Counted from the stretch's first letter, positions 18,911 to 29,416 are shown. The stretch is 64,000 nucleotides of DNA from Pseudomonadota bacterium (GCA_023428785.1 JAEYWU010000067.1:1726-65725), one strand, 5' to 3'. A program made the numbers and translations. Notes: generated by a model not told the origin, from the letters alone.

Positions 18911-20410
18911 TCAGGCGCTCACCAACAGGGAAAGCTGCCGGGCGGCCACGTCACGTCCGCCTTCTTCGATCTCGCGGTCGAGCAGGCGGGTCGGATATTC
19001 GCCGGTGAAATAGTGGTCGGTGAACTGGGGCCGGGCGTTGTTGCGGCCCCCGGCCTCGCCCACGGCGCGGTACAGGCCGTCGATCGACAGGAAGCCGAGC
19101 GTGTCGACTTCCAGCGCCACGCGCATCTCTTCCAGCGTCATGTTCGCCGCCATCAGTTGGTCCCGCGACGGCATGTCGATCCCGTAGAAGTCGGGGAACA
19201 GGATCTGCGGGCTGGCCGAGCGCAAATGAACTTCCGCCGCGCCCGCCGCGCGCACGGCCCGCACCAGCTTCAGCGAGGTCGTGCCGCGCACGATCGAATC
19301 GTCGATCAGCACCACACGCTTGCCCTGAAGCGCCGAGCGGTTGGGGCTGTGCTTCATGCGCACGCCCTTCTGGCGGGCGCCCTGGCTCGGCTGGATAAAG
19401 GTCCGGCCCAGATAGTGGCTGCGGATAATGCCCATCTCGAACGAGATGCCGCTCTCCTGCGCATAGCCTAGCGCGGCGGGCACGCCCGAGTCAGGCACCG
19501 GCACCACTATGTCGGCCTCGACGGCGTGCTCGATGGCCAGGCCGCGGCCCATGGCCTTGCGGGCCTCATAGACTGAGCGACCGTTCACGACCGAGTCGGG
19601 CCGGGCGAAATAGACGTACTCGAATAGGCAGGGGCGGGCGGCCTGACCCTGGAACGGCTTGAGCGAACGCAGGCCATCAGCATCGATCACCACGACTTCG
19701 CCGTGCTCGACGTCGCGCTCGAAGGTCGCGCCCATCATGTCCAGCGCACAGGTCTCGCTGGCCAGCACCCAGGCGTCGCCGAGACGTCCCAGCACCAGAG
19801 GGCGAATGCCCAGCGGATCGCGCGCGCCGATCATCTTGTGGCGGGTCTGGGCGACCAGCGCATAGCCGCCCTCGATCGCGCCCAGGGCGTCGATGAAGCG
19901 GTCGACGATCTTGGCCTTACGGCTGCGGGCGATGAGGTGGAGGATGACTTCCGAATCCGACGTCGACTGGAAGATCGCGCCCTCGCTGACCAGCCGGTTC
20001 CGAAGGAAGTGAAAGTTGGTCAGATTGCCGTTGTGGGCGATGGCGATGCCGCCTGAATCCAGGTCCGCGTACATCGGCTGGATGTTGCGCAGCGTCGAGC
20101 CGCCCGCCGTAGAATAGCGCGTATGGCCCACCGCCGCCTCGCCCGGCATGCGCTTGGAGAGGTCCGAGCCGCCGAACGCCTCTCCGACCAGACCCATGTG
20201 CCGTTCCGAGTGGAACATCTCGGACTTTACGCTGGCGATGCCGCAGGCTTCCTGGCCGCGGTGCTGCAGGGCGTGAAGACCCAGGGCGACGATGGAGGAG
20301 CCCTCGTCCGCGGGCGCTCCCCAGACCCCGCAGACCCCACATTCGAGGCGAAGGGTGTCGTCGTCTGGGTCGCGCTGAAACTCGGCGGCGCCGCTGATGA
20401 GGCGGGTCAT
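18911..20410 (-). CDS. purF: Amidophosphoribosyltransferase
   Basis: Propeptide then CGV, LQHRGQE, GHTRYST, HNGN, PVPDSG, DDSIVRGTT. Confidence 0.97.
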   Translation of the reverse strand: MTRLISGAAEFQRDPDDDTLRLECGVCGVWGAPADEGSSIVALGLHALQHRGQEACGIASVKSEMFHSERHMGLVGEAFGGSDLSKRMPGEAAVGHTRYSTAGGSTLRNIQPMYADLDSGGIAIAHNGNLTNFHFLRNRLVSEGAIFQSTSDSEVILHLIARSRKAKIVDRFIDALGAIEGGYALVAQTRHKMIGARDPLGIRPLVLGRLGDAWVLASETCALDMMGATFERDVEHGEVVVIDADGLRSLKPFQGQAARPCLFEYVYFARPDSVVNGRSVYEARKAMGRGLAIEHAVEADIVVPVPDSGVPAALGYAQESGISFEMGIIRSHYLGRTFIQPSQGARQKGVRMKHSPNRSALQGKRVVLIDDSIVRGTTSLKLVRAVRAAGAAEVHLRSASPQILFPDFYGIDMPSRDQLMAANMTLEEMRVALEVDTLGFLSIDGLYRAVGEAGGRNNARPQFTDHYFTGEYPTRLLDREIEEGGRDVAARQLSLLVSA

Positions 20411-21000
20411 GGCTGGCTTCCTGACTGGGAGGCGGGGTCGATATCGTCCGATTGCGGCTGGTCCGTGGCGCCGCGACGCGCAGAGTCCACGACGACCGGC
20501 GTAACCTGGTCTGCGGTCCGGCCGATGCCGGGAAGAACGGTCTGGATGGCGCGCGCCGCACTATGGCTGACGGGGAAGACGGCCGCGTCGGTCAGCCAGC
20601 CTGGGGCCCGGTCCGGCGATCCGGACGAGGCGAATACGATCAGATGTACGACGCCCATTAGCACCAGCGCACGCACCACGCCGAAGGCGACGCCCACGCC
20701 TCGATCCAGGCCTGACATTCGGTCATGGTTCTGAAGCGAGCGCCCAGCCAGCGCCCCGATCAGTCGCACGCCGAAATAGACCATCAGGAATGTCACCACC
20801 GCAGCCAGGACCGTGCCGATCCAGTCGGGATCGAACACGCCGCGTCCGATCGGTCCCGTAATCGGCAGGGCGATCAAAGAAATCAGGGCCGCCAGGATGA
20901 AGGAGAAGAAGCTAACGACCTCGCGCGCACCGCCCCGGACCCATCCGGCCAGGGCCGAAAAGATGATGACCACGAAGGCGAACAGGTCGTATCCGGTCAT
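20407..21000 (-). CDS. cvpA: CvpA family membrane protein
   Basis: G..RG..RE, LDR..G..FG.VR; canonical radA-cvpA-purF order. Confidence 0.9.
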   Translation of the reverse strand: MTGYDLFAFVVIIFSALAGWVRGGAREVVSFFSFILAALISLIALPITGPIGRGVFDPDWIGTVLAAVVTFLMVYFGVRLIGALAGRSLQNHDRMSGLDRGVGVAFGVVRALVLMGVVHLIVFASSGSPDRAPGWLTDAAVFPVSHSAARAIQTVLPGIGRTADQVTPVVVDSARRGATDQPQSDDIDPASQSGSQP

Positions 21001-22373
21001 ACGCGGGAATCTCGGGCGACGAGGGCCCCATCATCAATGCGCTGGACCGCTTCGGCAAGGCGAGACACCGAAACGATGCGAAGAACATCCGGCTCAGCCG
21101 CCTGACTGGGCGCCAGCGCCGCGTCGAAGCCCAGCTTGCGGGCTTCCTTCATCCGCGATTCCATCCGGTTCACAGGCCGGATCTCGCCGGACAGGCTGAT
21201 CTCGCCGAAGACCACCATCCCTTCGGGCAGGGGGCGGTCCAGAGCCGACGACACCAGGGCGGCCGCAGCCGCAAGATCGGCGGCGGGTTCCGAGATGCGC
21301 AGGCCGCCGGCCACGTTCAGATAAACGTCCTTGTCACCGAACCCGAGGCCGCAGCGCGCTTCCAGCACCGCCAGCACCATCGCCAGCCGCCCATTGTCCC
21401 ATCCCACGACCGCGCGGCGGGGCGTGCCATAGGCCGAGGGCGCCACCAGCGCCTGGACCTCGACCAGAACCGGGCGAGAGCCCTCGATCCCTGCGAAGAC
21501 AACCGATCCGGCCGCCCGCTCGCCGCCCTCGCCCAGGAACAGGGCCGATGGATTGGGCACCTCGTTCAGGCCCCGGTCGCCCATTTCGAAGACGCCAATC
21601 TCGTCGGTCGCGCCGAACCGGTTCTTGCCGGCGCGCAGGATGCGGAACGGATAGCCGCGCTCGCCCTCGAACGAGAGGACGGCGTCGACCATGTGCTCGA
21701 CCACGCGGGGGCCGGCGACCTGACCATCCTTGGTGACGTGGCCGACCAGCACGATCGCCACGCCGCGCTTCTTGGCGAACCGCACCAGCTCGCCGGCGCA
21801 GGCGCGGACCTGGGTGACCGAGCCCGGACCCGCCTCATGGGCGTCGGACCACAGGGTCTGGACGGAATCGACGATCACCAGATCGAAGGTGTCGCGCTTC
21901 AGCCCGTCGAGGATTTCGCGCAGCGAGGTCTCGGCCGCCAGATTCACTGGCGCCTCGGCCAGACCCATCCGGGCCGCGCGCGAGCGGATCTGCTCGATGG
22001 CTTCCTCGCCCGAAATATAGGCCACGCGCGCGCCGCGCGCTGCGGCCTGGGCGGTGACCTGAAGCAGCAGGGTCGACTTGCCGACACCCGGGTCGCCCGA
22101 CAGCAGGATGGCCGAGCCGGGCACGACGCCGCCGCCGCAGACGCGGTCGAACTCGGCCACGCCCGTGGTCAGGCGCGGCGGCTCGGGATTGTCGGATCTC
22201 AGGTCCTCGAAGGCCAGCCCGCGCGCCTTGGATGGCTTCAGCGTGCCCGGCGCGCGGCTCTGCGTCTCCTCGACGAGGGTGTTCCAGGCCTGACAGGCCG
22301 AGCACTGCCCGGACCATTTGGCATGGACCGCCCCACAGGACTGACAAACATAGATCGCACCATCGCGGGCCAT
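20997..22373 (-). CDS. radA: DNA repair protein RadA/Sms
   Basis: C4 Zn finger CQSCG..KWSGQCSAC, GDPGVGKST, KNRFG; start ATG 22373. Confidence 0.97.
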   Translation of the reverse strand: MARDGAIYVCQSCGAVHAKWSGQCSACQAWNTLVEETQSRAPGTLKPSKARGLAFEDLRSDNPEPPRLTTGVAEFDRVCGGGVVPGSAILLSGDPGVGKSTLLLQVTAQAAARGARVAYISGEEAIEQIRSRAARMGLAEAPVNLAAETSLREILDGLKRDTFDLVIVDSVQTLWSDAHEAGPGSVTQVRACAGELVRFAKKRGVAIVLVGHVTKDGQVAGPRVVEHMVDAVLSFEGERGYPFRILRAGKNRFGATDEIGVFEMGDRGLNEVPNPSALFLGEGGERAAGSVVFAGIEGSRPVLVEVQALVAPSAYGTPRRAVVGWDNGRLAMVLAVLEARCGLGFGDKDVYLNVAGGLRISEPAADLAAAAALVSSALDRPLPEGMVVFGEISLSGEIRPVNRMESRMKEARKLGFDAALAPSQAAEPDVLRIVSVSRLAEAVQRIDDGALVARDSRV

Positions 22374-22518
22374 GGGGGCGCCTTCTAGCAGAGACGGATT
22401 GATTCCGCCGCGTGTGGATTGCCCCCAGGTTGCGTCAAAGCCGGCCGTCGCCTGTCGGATTGCGCCGTTTCGTGAAAGGCGCATATTCCCCTGTAGGCTG
22501 AACAGGAGGCTGAAGCTG

Positions 22519-23157
22519 ATGTCCGACACCCCGCCCGCCATCAATCCGGGCATGATGGCCCGCATCCAGAACATCATCACCAAGCCGGTCCAGGAATGGG
22601 ACGTGATCCGCGCCGAGGCCACCAGCGTCTCCCAGCTGTTCACCGGCTACGCCATGATCCTGGCCGCTATTCCGGCCATTGCCGGATTCATCGGCGGCCT
22701 GCTGCTTTCCGGCATGTTCGGTGGCCTGGGCGTCAGCGTCGGCTTGGTCGCCGGCTTGGTCGGCGCTGTCGTCGGCTACGTCCTGTCGCTGGTCATGGTC
22801 TTTGTGATGGGCCTCATCATCGACGCGCTCGCGCCTTCGTTCGGTGCGGCCAAGGATCGGACCCAGGCCATGAAGGTGGCGGTCTACGCCATGACGCCCG
22901 CCTGGGTCGCCGGAATCCTCAACCTCTTGCCGATGCTGGGCATTCTGGTGCTGATCGCCTCGATCTACGGGCTCTATCTGCTCTATCTCGGCATCAAGCA
23001 GGTGATGGCGCCGCCTGCTGACAAGGCGATCGTCTATTTCATCGTCGTCTGCGTCGTGGCCATCGTTCTGTGGTGGATCATCGCCATGATAATCGGCTCG
23101 ATCACGGCCGCCATGGCCTTCAGCGCCGCCGGCGGTGCTGCGATCCTGTACGGCTAG
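22519..23157 (+). CDS. Yip1 family membrane protein
   Basis: AGGAGG RBS; P..EW..I, five hydrophobic segments, Y..TP.W. Confidence 0.85.
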   Translation: MSDTPPAINPGMMARIQNIITKPVQEWDVIRAEATSVSQLFTGYAMILAAIPAIAGFIGGLLLSGMFGGLGVSVGLVAGLVGAVVGYVLSLVMVFVMGLIIDALAPSFGAAKDRTQAMKVAVYAMTPAWVAGILNLLPMLGILVLIASIYGLYLLYLGIKQVMAPPADKAIVYFIVVCVVAIVLWWIIAMIIGSITAAMAFSAAGGAAILYG

Positions 23158-23160
23158 GGT

Positions 23161-24198
23161 CTAGCCGACATACGAACGCTGAACCCGGGCTCCGACCGAG
23201 GTCAGCAGCTCATAGGCGATGGTGCCGGCGTCCGCCGCCGCGTCATCAATGGGGTGGTGGGGCCCGAACAGCTCCACCAACTCGCCCGGTCCGACATCCA
23301 GGTCAGTGACGTCGATCGCTATCAGGTCCATGGAGATCCGGCCGAGAATCGGGCGAATCTCGCCGCCGACATAGACCCGGCCGCGCGGGCTGTTCGAGCG
23401 CAGGATGCCGTCCGCATAGCCGGCGCCGGCGACCGCCACGCTCATCGGACGCTCGGCGGTGAAGCCACGGGCGTATCCGACCGTCTCACCGGCTGGAACA
23501 TTGCGCACCTGCAGGATTTCCGCTCGCAGGGCCGCGACAGGCTTCAGCCGCTCGTCTGGGCGACCCTCGGGCCCACCGCCGTAAAGGCTGATCCCCGGCC
23601 GCAGCGCGTCGAAGGCGAAGTCCGGACCCAGGAAACATCCGCCGGAATTGGCGAAGGACCGCACCGTCCCGGGATAGCGGCGGCTGACCAGCTCGAAGGC
23701 CGAACGCTGGGCTGCGTTCATGGCGTCATAGGGATCGTCGGAGCAGGCAAGATGGCTCACCACCATCTCCAGCCCGGGGAAGGGCTCGGGCGCGTCTTCG
23801 GGACGGACGCCCAGGCGGTTCATCCCTGTGTCGATATGCAAGGCCGCCGGGCCACCGTCAGAGCTCAGCCAGCGGCGGATCTGCTCGGCCGAGCTCAGTA
23901 CTGGCCGAAGTCGGGCGGCTTGCAGCCGCAGCACATCAGACGGGCCGCATCCGTCCAGCACATAGATTTTCGGCCGAGACCCCAGGGTCTGGCGCAAGGC
24001 GTCGCCCTCGCTCAGGCGGGCCACGAAGAAGGTGTCTGCGCCCTCGGTCATCAGCTTGCGCGCGACCGCTGCGGCGCCCAGTCCATAGGCGTCGGCCTTG
24101 ACGACCGGCGTCACCGGCGCGCCGCCGATCCGGGCGAGCGTGTGGAAGTTCTCTGAAAGCGCGTTCAGATCAACGATGAGGCGGGCCGGGGAGGGCAT
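23161..24198 (-). CDS. alr: Alanine racemase
   Basis: VVKADAYG, HIDTGMNRLG, RPGISLYG, GYADG, GRISMD, TIAYE. Confidence 0.96.
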   Translation of the reverse strand: MPSPARLIVDLNALSENFHTLARIGGAPVTPVVKADAYGLGAAAVARKLMTEGADTFFVARLSEGDALRQTLGSRPKIYVLDGCGPSDVLRLQAARLRPVLSSAEQIRRWLSSDGGPAALHIDTGMNRLGVRPEDAPEPFPGLEMVVSHLACSDDPYDAMNAAQRSAFELVSRRYPGTVRSFANSGGCFLGPDFAFDALRPGISLYGGGPEGRPDERLKPVAALRAEILQVRNVPAGETVGYARGFTAERPMSVAVAGAGYADGILRSNSPRGRVYVGGEIRPILGRISMDLIAIDVTDLDVGPGELVELFGPHHPIDDAAADAGTIAYELLTSVGARVQRSYVG

Positions 24199-24234
24199 CC
24201 ATGCCTTATGCCCGAAGGGGAACGGCAGACAAGC

Positions 24235-24801
24235 CTATCGGTTGAACCAGGTCTTCATGCTGAGCATCAGGCCCGGCACGTCGTCCACGACATGGAAGGT
24301 GTCGAGGAACCAGTCGGGCGTCATGCCGGTCGAAACATTGTTGTGGAACAGGGCGATCAGGGCGTCCCAAAAGCCGTCCACATTCACGAACCAGATTGGC
24401 TTGAGGTGCAGGCTCAGCCGCCGCCAGGACATCAGCTCGATCGCCTCTTCCAGCGTGCCGATCCCGCCGGGAAGGACCACGAAGGCCTCCGAAGCGTCGT
24501 ACATCATCGACTTGCGCTCGTGCATGGTCTGGACGACCACGGTCTCGACCTCATCCAGCAGGCGCTCCTTGGCGCGCAGGAAGTCGGGCATGATCCCAAG
24601 CACCGCGCCGCCGGCCTCATGGGCCGCACGGGCCGAGGCGCCCATCAGGCCCACGCCGCCGCCGCCGTAGACCAGCCGCAGTCCCTCGGCGGCCAGCGCC
24701 TCGCCCAGTTCACGGGCCGTCTCCTCGAAGATCGGCTTGGCGCCCATGGATGAGCCGCAGAAGACGCAGACGGAGTGCAGTTCGCTCGGAGCTTCGACCA
24801 A
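24235..24801 (-). CDS. LOG family protein (TIGR00730 type)
   Basis: VFCGSS, YGGGGVGLMG, MHERK, PGGIGTLEE. Confidence 0.92.
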   Translation of the reverse strand: MVEAPSELHSVCVFCGSSMGAKPIFEETARELGEALAAEGLRLVYGGGGVGLMGASARAAHEAGGAVLGIMPDFLRAKERLLDEVETVVVQTMHERKSMMYDASEAFVVLPGGIGTLEEAIELMSWRRLSLHLKPIWFVNVDGFWDALIALFHNNVSTGMTPDWFLDTFHVVDDVPGLMLSMKTWFNR

Positions 24802-24892
24802 GACGGGGTCCCTGGATGAATCGGGACGATTTCATCCCGGGGCGAAAGCCTCTAGCAAAGCCGGACGGCAGAACCTAGCGGGGGCGCGAGAC

Positions 24893-25654
24893 ATGCGAAT
24901 GAGGACGGCGATCCTGATAGCGGCCTTGGCGCTGGCGGCGTGTGGCGGTGAAGCGGCTCCGGCCGCCGACGCGACAGAGGATGCGCCAGCCTATGCGGCG
25001 CCGCCAGTCGCGACCCACGTCGAACTGCAGGATGGTCAGGTCGTCGTCGCGGGCCGGGCCGGTCCCGGCGAGCGCGTCCGCCTGATCGAGATGGACGGCG
25101 CCGCCCACGGCGTCACCGCAGACGACCGAGGCCTGTTCGCCATTTCCCTGCCGGGCGCCTCGCCGCAGGACCGGTTGTTCAATCTGAGCGTCGAGCGGGC
25201 CGGGCAGTCAGTGTCCAGCGATGGCTGGCTGTTCTCGCCCGGCTCGGCGCCCCAAAGGGCCCTGATGTTGCGGGCGGGCGGCGCGTCGCTGCCTGTGGGG
25301 CCGGCGCCGCTGCTGGCCGTGGTCGATGTCGACGGCGGCGGCGGCGTGGCCGTGTCCGGCGTCGCATCGGCCGATCAGTCCGTCACTGTGTCGCTGGACG
25401 GGCGCCCGGCGGCGGAAGCCCGCGCCGACAGTCAGGGGCGATGGTTCGCCGTGCTCAGCGCCGCGACGACGCCGGGGCCGCACCGGATCGCCGCCGTGGC
25501 GGGCGATCAGCGCGAGGACCGTATGGTCGATCTGACGCTCGTCCGGTCCGATGGCGCAATTTCGGCGGCCCCCAACGACACCGGAATCCGCATCGCCTGG
25601 GCGCTGCCGGGTGGAGGCTCCCAGACAACGCTGCTGCTGCTCACAGAGCCCTGA
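24893..25654 (+). CDS. Hypothetical lipoprotein with two Ig-like repeats
   Basis: Lipobox LAAC; repeated V.V.G.A.....V....DG......AD..G.F/W. Confidence 0.65.
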   Translation: MRMRTAILIAALALAACGGEAAPAADATEDAPAYAAPPVATHVELQDGQVVVAGRAGPGERVRLIEMDGAAHGVTADDRGLFAISLPGASPQDRLFNLSVERAGQSVSSDGWLFSPGSAPQRALMLRAGGASLPVGPAPLLAVVDVDGGGGVAVSGVASADQSVTVSLDGRPAAEARADSQGRWFAVLSAATTPGPHRIAAVAGDQREDRMVDLTLVRSDGAISAAPNDTGIRIAWALPGGGSQTTLLLLTEP

Positions 25655-25658
25655 TCGG

Positions 25659-25684
25659 GGAACGGCTCTGCGTCGAAGGGCATT
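25659..25684 (+). promoter_or_regulatory. Candidate EcfG/SigT (general stress) promoter GGAAC-N17-CATT
   Basis: GGAAC 25659-25663, CATT 25681-25684, 25 nt before the L,D-transpeptidase ATG. Confidence 0.45.
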
Positions 25685-25709
25685 GTTTCGGTTCACCGTC
25701 GGAGCGCCC

Positions 25710-26759
25710 ATGAAGACCCTTTTGCCCACTCTCGCCCTCGGCCTGGCCCTCGGAACCGCGGCTTGCGGCGACGAGCGTGAAACCAGCACGCCGGAGCCTG
25801 CTCCGCCGCCGGTCGAGTCGGCGCGCCCGGCGGCGACCAATACGATCGCGGCAACCCAGATCAACAACGCGACCTTCGAGGCCCCGCCGGCCGAAGAGCC
25901 TGAGCAGACCGTGGTCCCCGCCGTCGTGCGGGTGCAGGTTCTGCTGGATAGGGCCGGCTACTCGCCCGGTGTGACGGACGGCCGCTTTGGCGAGAACGTT
26001 CGCCATGCGATCGCCGAGTACCAGCGTCAGAATGGTCTGGCCGTTGATGGTGCGCTGACCGAAGCCCTCTATGACCGGCTGGTTGCGGAATCGCCCGTCG
26101 ATGTCGTGTCCCGCTATGTGTTGACGGCCGAGGATGTGGCCGGGCCCTTCACACCGTCCATTCCCCGTGATCTGGCGTCCCAGGCCGAGCTTGATGCGCT
26201 GGGCTACCGCTCGGCGTCTGAACTTCTGGCCGAACGCTTCCACATGGATGAGCAGTTCCTGGTCGCGCTGAACCCCGGCGTCGATTTCAGCCAGGCCGGA
26301 ACCGAGATCTACATCACCAACCCGCGCCGCCAGCCGATCCAGGGTGAGGTCGCGCGCATCGAGGTGGACGCCGAAGAGCGGTCGGTGCGCGCCTATGACG
26401 AGGCGGGCACGCTTCTGGCCTTCTATCCCGCGACCATCGGATCGTCTGAGAATCCCAGCCCGTCCGGCGCAATGACCGTCAACGGCGTCGCCCGCAATCC
26501 GACCTACACCTATGACCCGAGCCGCCTGTCGTACGCCAACGACACCATCAACCGCCGGCTAGTAGTGGCGGCGGGGCCGAACAATCCGGTCGGCTCAATC
26601 TGGATCGACCTGTCGCGCGACACCTACGGCATCCACGGCACGCCCAATCCCGACATCGTCGGCAAGAACGCCTCGAACGGCTGTGTTCGCCTGACCAACT
26701 GGGACGTGGCCCACCTGGCGGCGGCGGTCCGGCCGGGCGTGGAGGTCGAGTTCGTCTAG
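25710..26759 (+). CDS. L,D-transpeptidase lipoprotein with peptidoglycan-binding domain
   Basis: Lipobox TAAC, QVLLDRAGYSPG..DG, GPNNPVG, IHGT...SNGCVRL. Confidence 0.92.
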   Translation: MKTLLPTLALGLALGTAACGDERETSTPEPAPPPVESARPAATNTIAATQINNATFEAPPAEEPEQTVVPAVVRVQVLLDRAGYSPGVTDGRFGENVRHAIAEYQRQNGLAVDGALTEALYDRLVAESPVDVVSRYVLTAEDVAGPFTPSIPRDLASQAELDALGYRSASELLAERFHMDEQFLVALNPGVDFSQAGTEIYITNPRRQPIQGEVARIEVDAEERSVRAYDEAGTLLAFYPATIGSSENPSPSGAMTVNGVARNPTYTYDPSRLSYANDTINRRLVVAAGPNNPVGSIWIDLSRDTYGIHGTPNPDIVGKNASNGCVRLTNWDVAHLAAAVRPGVEVEFV

Positions 26760-27190
26760 AGGGCGGCCGAGATGCGGGCGGCGGTCGCCTTGAGTTCGTC
26801 GGTGTCCGCCATACCGCCCTGGCCGTGTCCGCCCAGCGGCCGCCCCGCCCAGCGCGGGATCACGTGCAGGTGCAGATGAAAGACGGTCTGGCCGCCGGCT
26901 GACCCGTTGAACTGCATCAGCGACACGCCTTCGCAGCCGAGCGCCTCGGGCTGGACGCGGGCGATCGTCTGGGCCGCCAGGATCAGGTCCTGGAGAACCT
27001 CCGGCTCGGCCTCCAGCAGGTTACGGGCCCGCGAGACCTTGGAGATCACCAGCACGTGCCCCTCGGACTGCGGGAAGACATCCATGAACGCCAGCACCCG
27101 GTCGTCCTCCATCACCTTCACGCAGGGCAGTTCGCCGCGCAGGATCTTGGCGAAGACATTGTCGTGGTCGTAGGCGCCGGTCAGGCTCAT
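26756..27190 (-). CDS. HIT family protein
   Basis: NVFAKILRGE, GQTVFHLHLHVIPR. Confidence 0.93.
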   Translation of the reverse strand: MSLTGAYDHDNVFAKILRGELPCVKVMEDDRVLAFMDVFPQSEGHVLVISKVSRARNLLEAEPEVLQDLILAAQTIARVQPEALGCEGVSLMQFNGSAGGQTVFHLHLHVIPRWAGRPLGGHGQGGMADTDELKATAARISAAL

Positions 27191-27261
27191 GCTATCGTTC
27201 CTGAAGAGAGACGACGGAGGTTTGGCCGATGGAAGCGGGGGCTGGCAAGGCCGCGGCCGGC

Positions 27262-27825
27262 ATGACGGAGCGCCAGAAGAAGTGGTTCGCCACCGTCCAG
27301 GCCAATCTGGAGGCCCAGACCGGCAGGCCGATCGCCGAATGGGTCGAGATCATGACGACCTGCCCGGAGACCACGCGCGGCAAGCAGACGGCCTGGCTCA
27401 AGGCGCGCCACGGCATCGGTGTGAACCACGCGGCCTTTATTCTGTCCCAGGCCGAGACCGGAACTGGACCCGACTGGGACGATCCAGACGGCCTGCGGGC
27501 CCAACTCTGGAAGGACCCGGCCAGCGAGGCCATCCTCGTAGCGATCGAGGCGGTGGCGGCCGAGGTTTCCGACGTCGTGACCGGCCAGCGCAAGGCCTTC
27601 ACCAGCTTCTCGCGCGACGTCCAGTTCGCGGCCATACGGCCTCTCAAGGGTGGCGGCGCGCTCATCGGCTTCAAGCTTGAGCCCGGGCAGTCCGTGCGCC
27701 TGTCGGCTCCGGCCCGGCGGGAGAGCTGGTCTGAGCGGCTGATATCGACAATCAGCCTGTCGGCGCCGGCCGATGTCGACGACGAGGTCCGCCGTCTGTT
27801 CGCCCTGGCGGCCGAGCGCGGCTAG
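27262..27825 (+). CDS. DUF4287/DUF5655-type protein
   Basis: NLEAQTGR.I.EW, WLKA.HG.G..HA, QFAAI, DVDDEV..L...A; start 27262 or 27229. Confidence 0.7.
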   Translation: MTERQKKWFATVQANLEAQTGRPIAEWVEIMTTCPETTRGKQTAWLKARHGIGVNHAAFILSQAETGTGPDWDDPDGLRAQLWKDPASEAILVAIEAVAAEVSDVVTGQRKAFTSFSRDVQFAAIRPLKGGGALIGFKLEPGQSVRLSAPARRESWSERLISTISLSAPADVDDEVRRLFALAAERG

Positions 27826-27865
27826 GCGTCTGGTCCTCGGCGACGAATTTGCGGATAAGGGCGCC

Positions 27866-28261
27866 ATGAACGCGCGCATTGACTGGCCGGAACTCTTCTT
27901 CTCGTCCTCGGGACGGGTCGGCAGGCTGCCGTTCCTGCTGGCCGCGGTCAGCCTGGTGGTGATGCTCGCCCTCTATCAGTCGGCGCTGGGCGGCAACGTC
28001 TTCACCGGCGTCTTCGCCTATCCGTTGCTGTTCTTCTCGGGCGCCTGCGTGCTGTCAAAGCGCCTGCACGACCGGGGCCGATCGGGCTGGTGGACGGCCG
28101 TGATCCTGTTCGCCTTCATCATGGTCTGGCCGCACCCCGAAGGGGTGCTCGACATGCTCGGCGTAGCGGTCGTGCTCTGGGCGATCGTGGAACTGGGCCT
28201 GATGCCGTCTGAACAGGGGGCCAACCGCTTCGGCCCCAACCCGATGCGCGCTCTGATCTAG
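27866..28261 (+). CDS. DUF805 membrane protein
   Basis: [25 protein letters not shown]. Confidence 0.9.
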   Translation: MNARIDWPELFFSSSGRVGRLPFLLAAVSLVVMLALYQSALGGNVFTGVFAYPLLFFSGACVLSKRLHDRGRSGWWTAVILFAFIMVWPHPEGVLDMLGVAVVLWAIVELGLMPSEQGANRFGPNPMRALI

Positions 28262-28959
28262 ACAGGCGGTTCGGTGGCCTCGACCGGCCCGAACACATCC
28301 TGGAAGGACGACCGCAGCGCTTCGTCAGCCTCATCCATCGTCACGGGGCGTCCCAGATCAACCAGGCTGGTCACCCCGTGCTCGCGGATGCCGCAGGGCA
28401 CGATGCCCGAGAAGTGCGACAGGTCCGGCTCCACATTGACACTGACGCCATGGAAGCTGACCCATCGGCGCACCTTCACCCCGATCGCGGCGATCTTGTC
28501 CTCGCGGACCTGGCCGTCCTCGCGCCGCTCGACCCACACGCCGACGCGGCCATCGCGGGGACCGGAATCAACATTGAACACGGATAGCGACTGGACGATC
28601 CAAGTCTCCAGACCGCGTACAAAGCGGCGGATGTCGCGGCCGCGCCGGTTCAGGTCCAGCATCACATAGGCCACCCGCTGACCCGGCCCGTGATAGGTGA
28701 ACTGTCCACCCCGACCGGTCTCGAAGACGGGAATGTCGCCGGGCGTCAGCAAATCCTCGGCCTTGGCCGAGACGCCCGCGGTATAGAGCGGCGGGTGCTC
28801 CAGCAACCAGATCAGCTCGCCCGCAGACCCTTCTGCAATCGCGGCGGCGCGCGTCTCCATCGCCTCGACGGCCTGGGGGTAGGGGACTAGGCTGCGCGAC
28901 ACCGCCCAGCCGGCGGTCAGGCCGTCGTCGCGCCGCAGAATGTCGAGGCCATCGGTCAT
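28258..28959 (-). CDS. lipB: Lipoyl(octanoyl) transferase
   Basis: [33 protein letters not shown]. Confidence 0.96.
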   Translation of the reverse strand: MTDGLDILRRDDGLTAGWAVSRSLVPYPQAVEAMETRAAAIAEGSAGELIWLLEHPPLYTAGVSAKAEDLLTPGDIPVFETGRGGQFTYHGPGQRVAYVMLDLNRRGRDIRRFVRGLETWIVQSLSVFNVDSGPRDGRVGVWVERREDGQVREDKIAAIGVKVRRWVSFHGVSVNVEPDLSHFSGIVPCGIREHGVTSLVDLGRPVTMDEADEALRSSFQDVFGPVEATEPPV

Positions 28960-29004
28960 GGCGCCGCAATTGGCCCCTCGAACGCGGCCTCGCAAGCGCC
29001 CCGC

Positions 29005-29019
29005 TTAACGCGTCGTCAA
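29005..29019. promoter_or_regulatory. Candidate CtrA site TTAA-N7-TCAA
   Basis: One mismatch from TTAA-N7-TTAA, about 50 nt upstream of the FliN-like gene. Confidence 0.4.
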
Positions 29020-29068
29020 GCATGATCCGGCCATCTTGGCCGCCTAGTTCGCGCGTCGAGGGGTTCGG

Positions 29069-29353
29069 GTGTCACTTACGCTCCCAGCTGAAAAGGGGGT
29101 CAGCCAGCAGGTCGCGGCCGTAAAGGTCGAGATCTCGGTGGTGCTCGGCCGGTCGAATATCCCCATGCAGAGCCTTCTGCGCATGGGCCGCGGCGCCGTG
29201 ATTCCGCTGGACGCCCACGAGGGTGACGAGGTCTGGATTCTGGCCAACAACCATCCGGTTGCCCGTGGCGAGATTTCGATTTCCGAGGACCGCATCGCCA
29301 TCGTCGTCACCGGCCCGGCCAACGTCTATGACTTCATGGCGGGCGCTGCGTAG
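29069..29353 (+). CDS. FliM/FliN C-terminal (SpoA) domain protein
   Basis: V.VEISVVLG...PM..LLRMGRGAVI.LD, N...VARGE; GTG after GAGGGG. Confidence 0.8.
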   Translation: MSLTLPAEKGVSQQVAAVKVEISVVLGRSNIPMQSLLRMGRGAVIPLDAHEGDEVWILANNHPVARGEISISEDRIAIVVTGPANVYDFMAGAA

Positions 29354-29416
29354 TTTTCCGCGCCAGCCTCTTTTCATTCCGCCCCGCCTCCGCTATCTCC
29401 CCGCGCTCCGATGCGA

